DNA from: a virus
Taxonomy: Duplodnaviria > Heunggongvirae > Uroviricota > Caudoviricetes
IMG/VR virus record: IMGVR_UViG_3300002220_006883
Length of the DNA stretch: 64,000 nucleotides
Reading direction: 5' to 3' (one strand)
Positions 61,388 through 64,000 of this stretch are shown here, one piece after another (position 1 is the first letter of the stretch; every line of letters begins with the position of its first letter). Under the pieces are notes generated by a model. It was not told the origin of the DNA and did no database searches. It worked only from the letters and a program-made list of their open reading frames with translations. Position numbers and translations under genes: made by a program.

Positions 61388-62311
61388 ATGAATAAAGAAA
61401 AAATTCAAGAAATAGCACAAAACTTCCTAAATGAACCATATAGTGATGAAACACTAGGAAGGCTCGCAGAAAAAAATCATAAAAAGTTTTTAAATAATTT
61501 ATCAAAATTAGATGAGAGGCAGATTAATAAAATTTTAAAAGCTTACCCAGAATATAGCAATAAGGTTTTGGATGGTTGGCATTCTTTACATTTTGTAGCT
61601 TTATTAAATGACCCTAATATATTAGAGAGTTTTATGAAAAATGCTATTAATAATGGTTTAACTTCTTTACCAAAAACAACAAAAGAAAAAAAGGATATAC
61701 CTGAAAATATAAGCTTTTTAAATTTTTGTGCTGCAAATAACTGTGATAAATCTTTTGTCAAAATTTTAACATACTTAAGCAATCCAGAAGAACAAAATTT
61801 TAATGAAGCAATAATCTATTCTCTTCATTATGGTAATTCTAAGGTTATTAAGTTTTTAGAAAAAGTAATGGTTAAAGAAGATATTCAATCAACTATGTTA
61901 AGTTATTTTAATGATAGGCCACACAGATTAGATTTCTTATGGAAAACAACCACCAGTGTTGAGAAACTAAATAATATGGGGGTTGATATAAAATATGAGG
62001 AAGATAACAAAAGGAATTATTTTACTTTAGTTTTAGAGTCAATGAATAATAATTATTATGATATTGAGCAAAAGGGCTTTGACTATATTAGAAATACAAT
62101 AGATCAATTTATGGATAGTGGATTTTCTTTGGATATTCCAGATAAAAAAGGAAACATGCCAAGAGCTAGTTTGGAATTATTTATTAAAAATACTTATTCT
62201 AATAGTTTACAAGAAAAATTAGAGGAATATATGCTACTATTAAACAGTAAATCTCTGAATAATGATTTAGTTAAAAAAAATAATGTAGAACCTAAAAAAT
62301 TTAAAATTTAA
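61388..62311 (+). CDS. ankyrin-like repeat protein
   Basis: ANK-like segments (…SLHFVALLNDPNILESFMKNAINNG…, …LNFCAANNCDKSFVKIL…); ATG at 61388. Confidence 0.45.
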   Translation: MNKEKIQEIAQNFLNEPYSDETLGRLAEKNHKKFLNNLSKLDERQINKILKAYPEYSNKVLDGWHSLHFVALLNDPNILESFMKNAINNGLTSLPKTTKEKKDIPENISFLNFCAANNCDKSFVKILTYLSNPEEQNFNEAIIYSLHYGNSKVIKFLEKVMVKEDIQSTMLSYFNDRPHRLDFLWKTTTSVEKLNNMGVDIKYEEDNKRNYFTLVLESMNNNYYDIEQKGFDYIRNTIDQFMDSGFSLDIPDKKGNMPRASLELFIKNTYSNSLQEKLEEYMLLLNSKSLNNDLVKKNNVEPKKFKI

Positions 62312-63315
62312 ATTTTAAGTTTTTTCTTATTAGGAGTTTGTGATTCTTTGATAATATTATTTAAAATATCTTTCTCTTGATTATTTAGTGTTGCCTTACC
62401 TAAATGTTTTAGTGCCTTAGTTCTAAGTAGTTTTTCATCCATGTTTTTATACATAAATAACGGATTGTTTAATAATAATTGCTCTTTATCTTCATGGGAG
62501 GCTAACCTACCTGCATAATTGTTATGAGTTGATTGCTTATTCATATGAATTTTAAAAAAGTTTTTAATAGATTGGGGTAAATTCTTAGATGGAGCCAAAG
62601 TGTTGATGAAAACATTGGTTTGAGATAGTGATTCACAGAAGAAGTTAAGTTCATATAAGTTGTTCGCTCTACATGAGTTCCAAATAGTGCAAAAAGAATT
62701 GAGTATTTCTTTTTGAGAAGGTTGAAAACCTAATTCAATAGCTAGACAAAAGATAAGTGATGAGTCTTCAATCTTAGTTTTTAAAAAATCTAATTTTATT
62801 TTGTTTTGAATAACAAGTTCAGCTATATCATCTAATGTTTGGTTGTATTTAATAATATTTTCTGAATCATTAGGTGAATTTGTTTTATCGTAATAAGATT
62901 TAATTTTTTCGCTAAGAGCATAAGAAAATTTATCTTTTAGATATTCAGGATTTGAGTAGTTAATTTTATGTTTTTTAAAAATTTCAACTCCATATGCTTG
63001 CTCAATTTTAAACATATATAAGTGATTGGTATTTTTATAGTTTTTAGGAGAAACTTCAAAAACCTTGTCTATAACAGTAAAAATATTATCCTTTTGAATT
63101 ATTTTTTGCCCTGGATCTTTGTAGTATGTAGAATTTAAGTTTTCTAATGATTGAATACAGTAATCCAAAGTTGTTTTTAAAATAAAACGAATATGATAAT
63201 TAGATAAGCCTTCATATTGAAGATTTTCTAATAATGGATTTAAATTTAATATGGATTCTTTAAATCTTTTATTTTCAATCCATAATTCTATTTTAGAGAG
63301 ATTGTCATTAATCAT
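62308..63315 (-). CDS. hypothetical protein
   Basis: 335 aa ORF; start overlaps the next gene by 4 nt. Confidence 0.45.
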   Translation of the reverse strand: MINDNLSKIELWIENKRFKESILNLNPLLENLQYEGLSNYHIRFILKTTLDYCIQSLENLNSTYYKDPGQKIIQKDNIFTVIDKVFEVSPKNYKNTNHLYMFKIEQAYGVEIFKKHKINYSNPEYLKDKFSYALSEKIKSYYDKTNSPNDSENIIKYNQTLDDIAELVIQNKIKLDFLKTKIEDSSLIFCLAIELGFQPSQKEILNSFCTIWNSCRANNLYELNFFCESLSQTNVFINTLAPSKNLPQSIKNFFKIHMNKQSTHNNYAGRLASHEDKEQLLLNNPLFMYKNMDEKLLRTKALKHLGKATLNNQEKDILNNIIKESQTPNKKKLKI

Positions 63316-63914
63316 ATTTTATTAATTTTCTTAGGTTTGTCATTTTCAATTGAAATTAGTTTTGAGTTAACTTCAATAAAAGAAGAAGCTATTAAAAAAT
63401 CTTTTGCTGATTGATTTTCTATTGCATACTTTTGAATTGTATCTTTCAAAGTATACCACTGTTCATCAAAAAAAGAAACGGGTAATTTAATGTTATTTTT
63501 TGCTATATCTTGCACAATGTTGGAAAAGAGGTTGATACAAACAGAATCTCGCTTAAAGGGGGAATTTAAAACATAATTATCATGTTCTTTCTCTTGATCT
63601 TTCGTCCAAATTTTATTCCAAGAAGTTTTTATATTTTCCAAAATATTTATTTTTAAATTTTCATTAGAAAATTTAAATCTATTTAAAATTAAATTATCAT
63701 CTTTACCAAATAAATCCAATGAGCGTGCATATCTAAATTGCATGCAAGAAATAATAGTTTCCCCTAATAGTGTATTGTTTTTGTAAGGTGATTCCCAATT
63801 AATGTTTTTAGTATCCAGCCAAATTAACAAATTAACAAAAGAATCAAATGCAACATCTGTATTATATTCTTGAAATCTTAAAAAGTAATTAGATTGATTA
63901 TTTTTATTTTCCAA
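63312..63914 (-). CDS. hypothetical protein
   Basis: 200 aa ORF. Confidence 0.4.
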   Translation of the reverse strand: MENKNNQSNYFLRFQEYNTDVAFDSFVNLLIWLDTKNINWESPYKNNTLLGETIISCMQFRYARSLDLFGKDDNLILNRFKFSNENLKINILENIKTSWNKIWTKDQEKEHDNYVLNSPFKRDSVCINLFSNIVQDIAKNNIKLPVSFFDEQWYTLKDTIQKYAIENQSAKDFLIASSFIEVNSKLISIENDKPKKINKI

Positions 63915-64000
63915 CCAAAAGCTTTCATTTTTTTCTATAAATTCTGGCTTTATTGGAAAAAAGCATTTTATATCAAAGCTGGAATCCGTATATTTTTTAA

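Noticed and set aside
61305-61782. Minus-strand ORFs 61305-61505 and 61543-61782 overlapping the ankyrin-like gene
   Set aside because: Low-complexity translations overlapping the better plus-strand ORF.

Overview
This 64 kb window comes from a strongly AT-rich Gram-negative-type bacterial chromosome (judged by eye, no GC figure computed). Genes are densely packed on both strands. Housekeeping genes I can support directly from the translations are clpA, NAD-dependent DNA ligase ligA, class Ia ribonucleotide reductase nrdA and nrdB (about 29 kb apart, not in an operon), a DnaK-family Hsp70, tatA, and three lytic transglycosylases (SLT-type, MltB-like, RlpA-like). There is also a methyl-accepting chemotaxis protein, a large type IV pilin, a LemA-like protein, an ElaB/YqjD-like protein, a thermonuclease, a DHH/DHHA1 phosphoesterase, a DEDDh exonuclease and metallophosphatases. 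The window carries an unusually high load of eukaryote-like or effector-like proteins: at least four ankyrin-repeat proteins (one of 932 aa), an LRR-like repeat protein, a DUF4116-repeat protein, a PPP-family phosphatase and a stand-alone HPt-like protein. This, together with the base composition, suggests a host-associated (amoeba- or protist-associated) proteobacterium; that is inference only. The most unusual structures are: (1) six class-II tRNA genes packed head-to-tail with 1-11 nt spacers, all reading as serine isoacceptors (anticodons GGA, GGA, UGA, UGA, GCU, GCU), two of which share a non-canonical T-loop and variable-arm module; (2) a solo 650-aa TnpB/Cas12-like RuvC nuclease with a roughly 200-aa N-terminal extension, flanked by hairpins, with no CRISPR array and no TnpA; (3) a GC-elevated ~730 nt non-coding island containing protein-like remnants; (4) a tightly overlapping six-gene operon of unknown function that includes an LRR-like and a putative PD-(D/E)xK protein; (5) a MoxR AAA+ ATPase paired with a VWA/HExxH-metallopeptidase-like protein; (6) a DctP-like binding protein paired with a membrane-anchored orphan receiver; (7) a repeated terminator-hairpin family. 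No CRISPR array, rRNA or prophage-scale structure was seen. All protein calls rest on recognisable motifs in the supplied translations; no database search was run.
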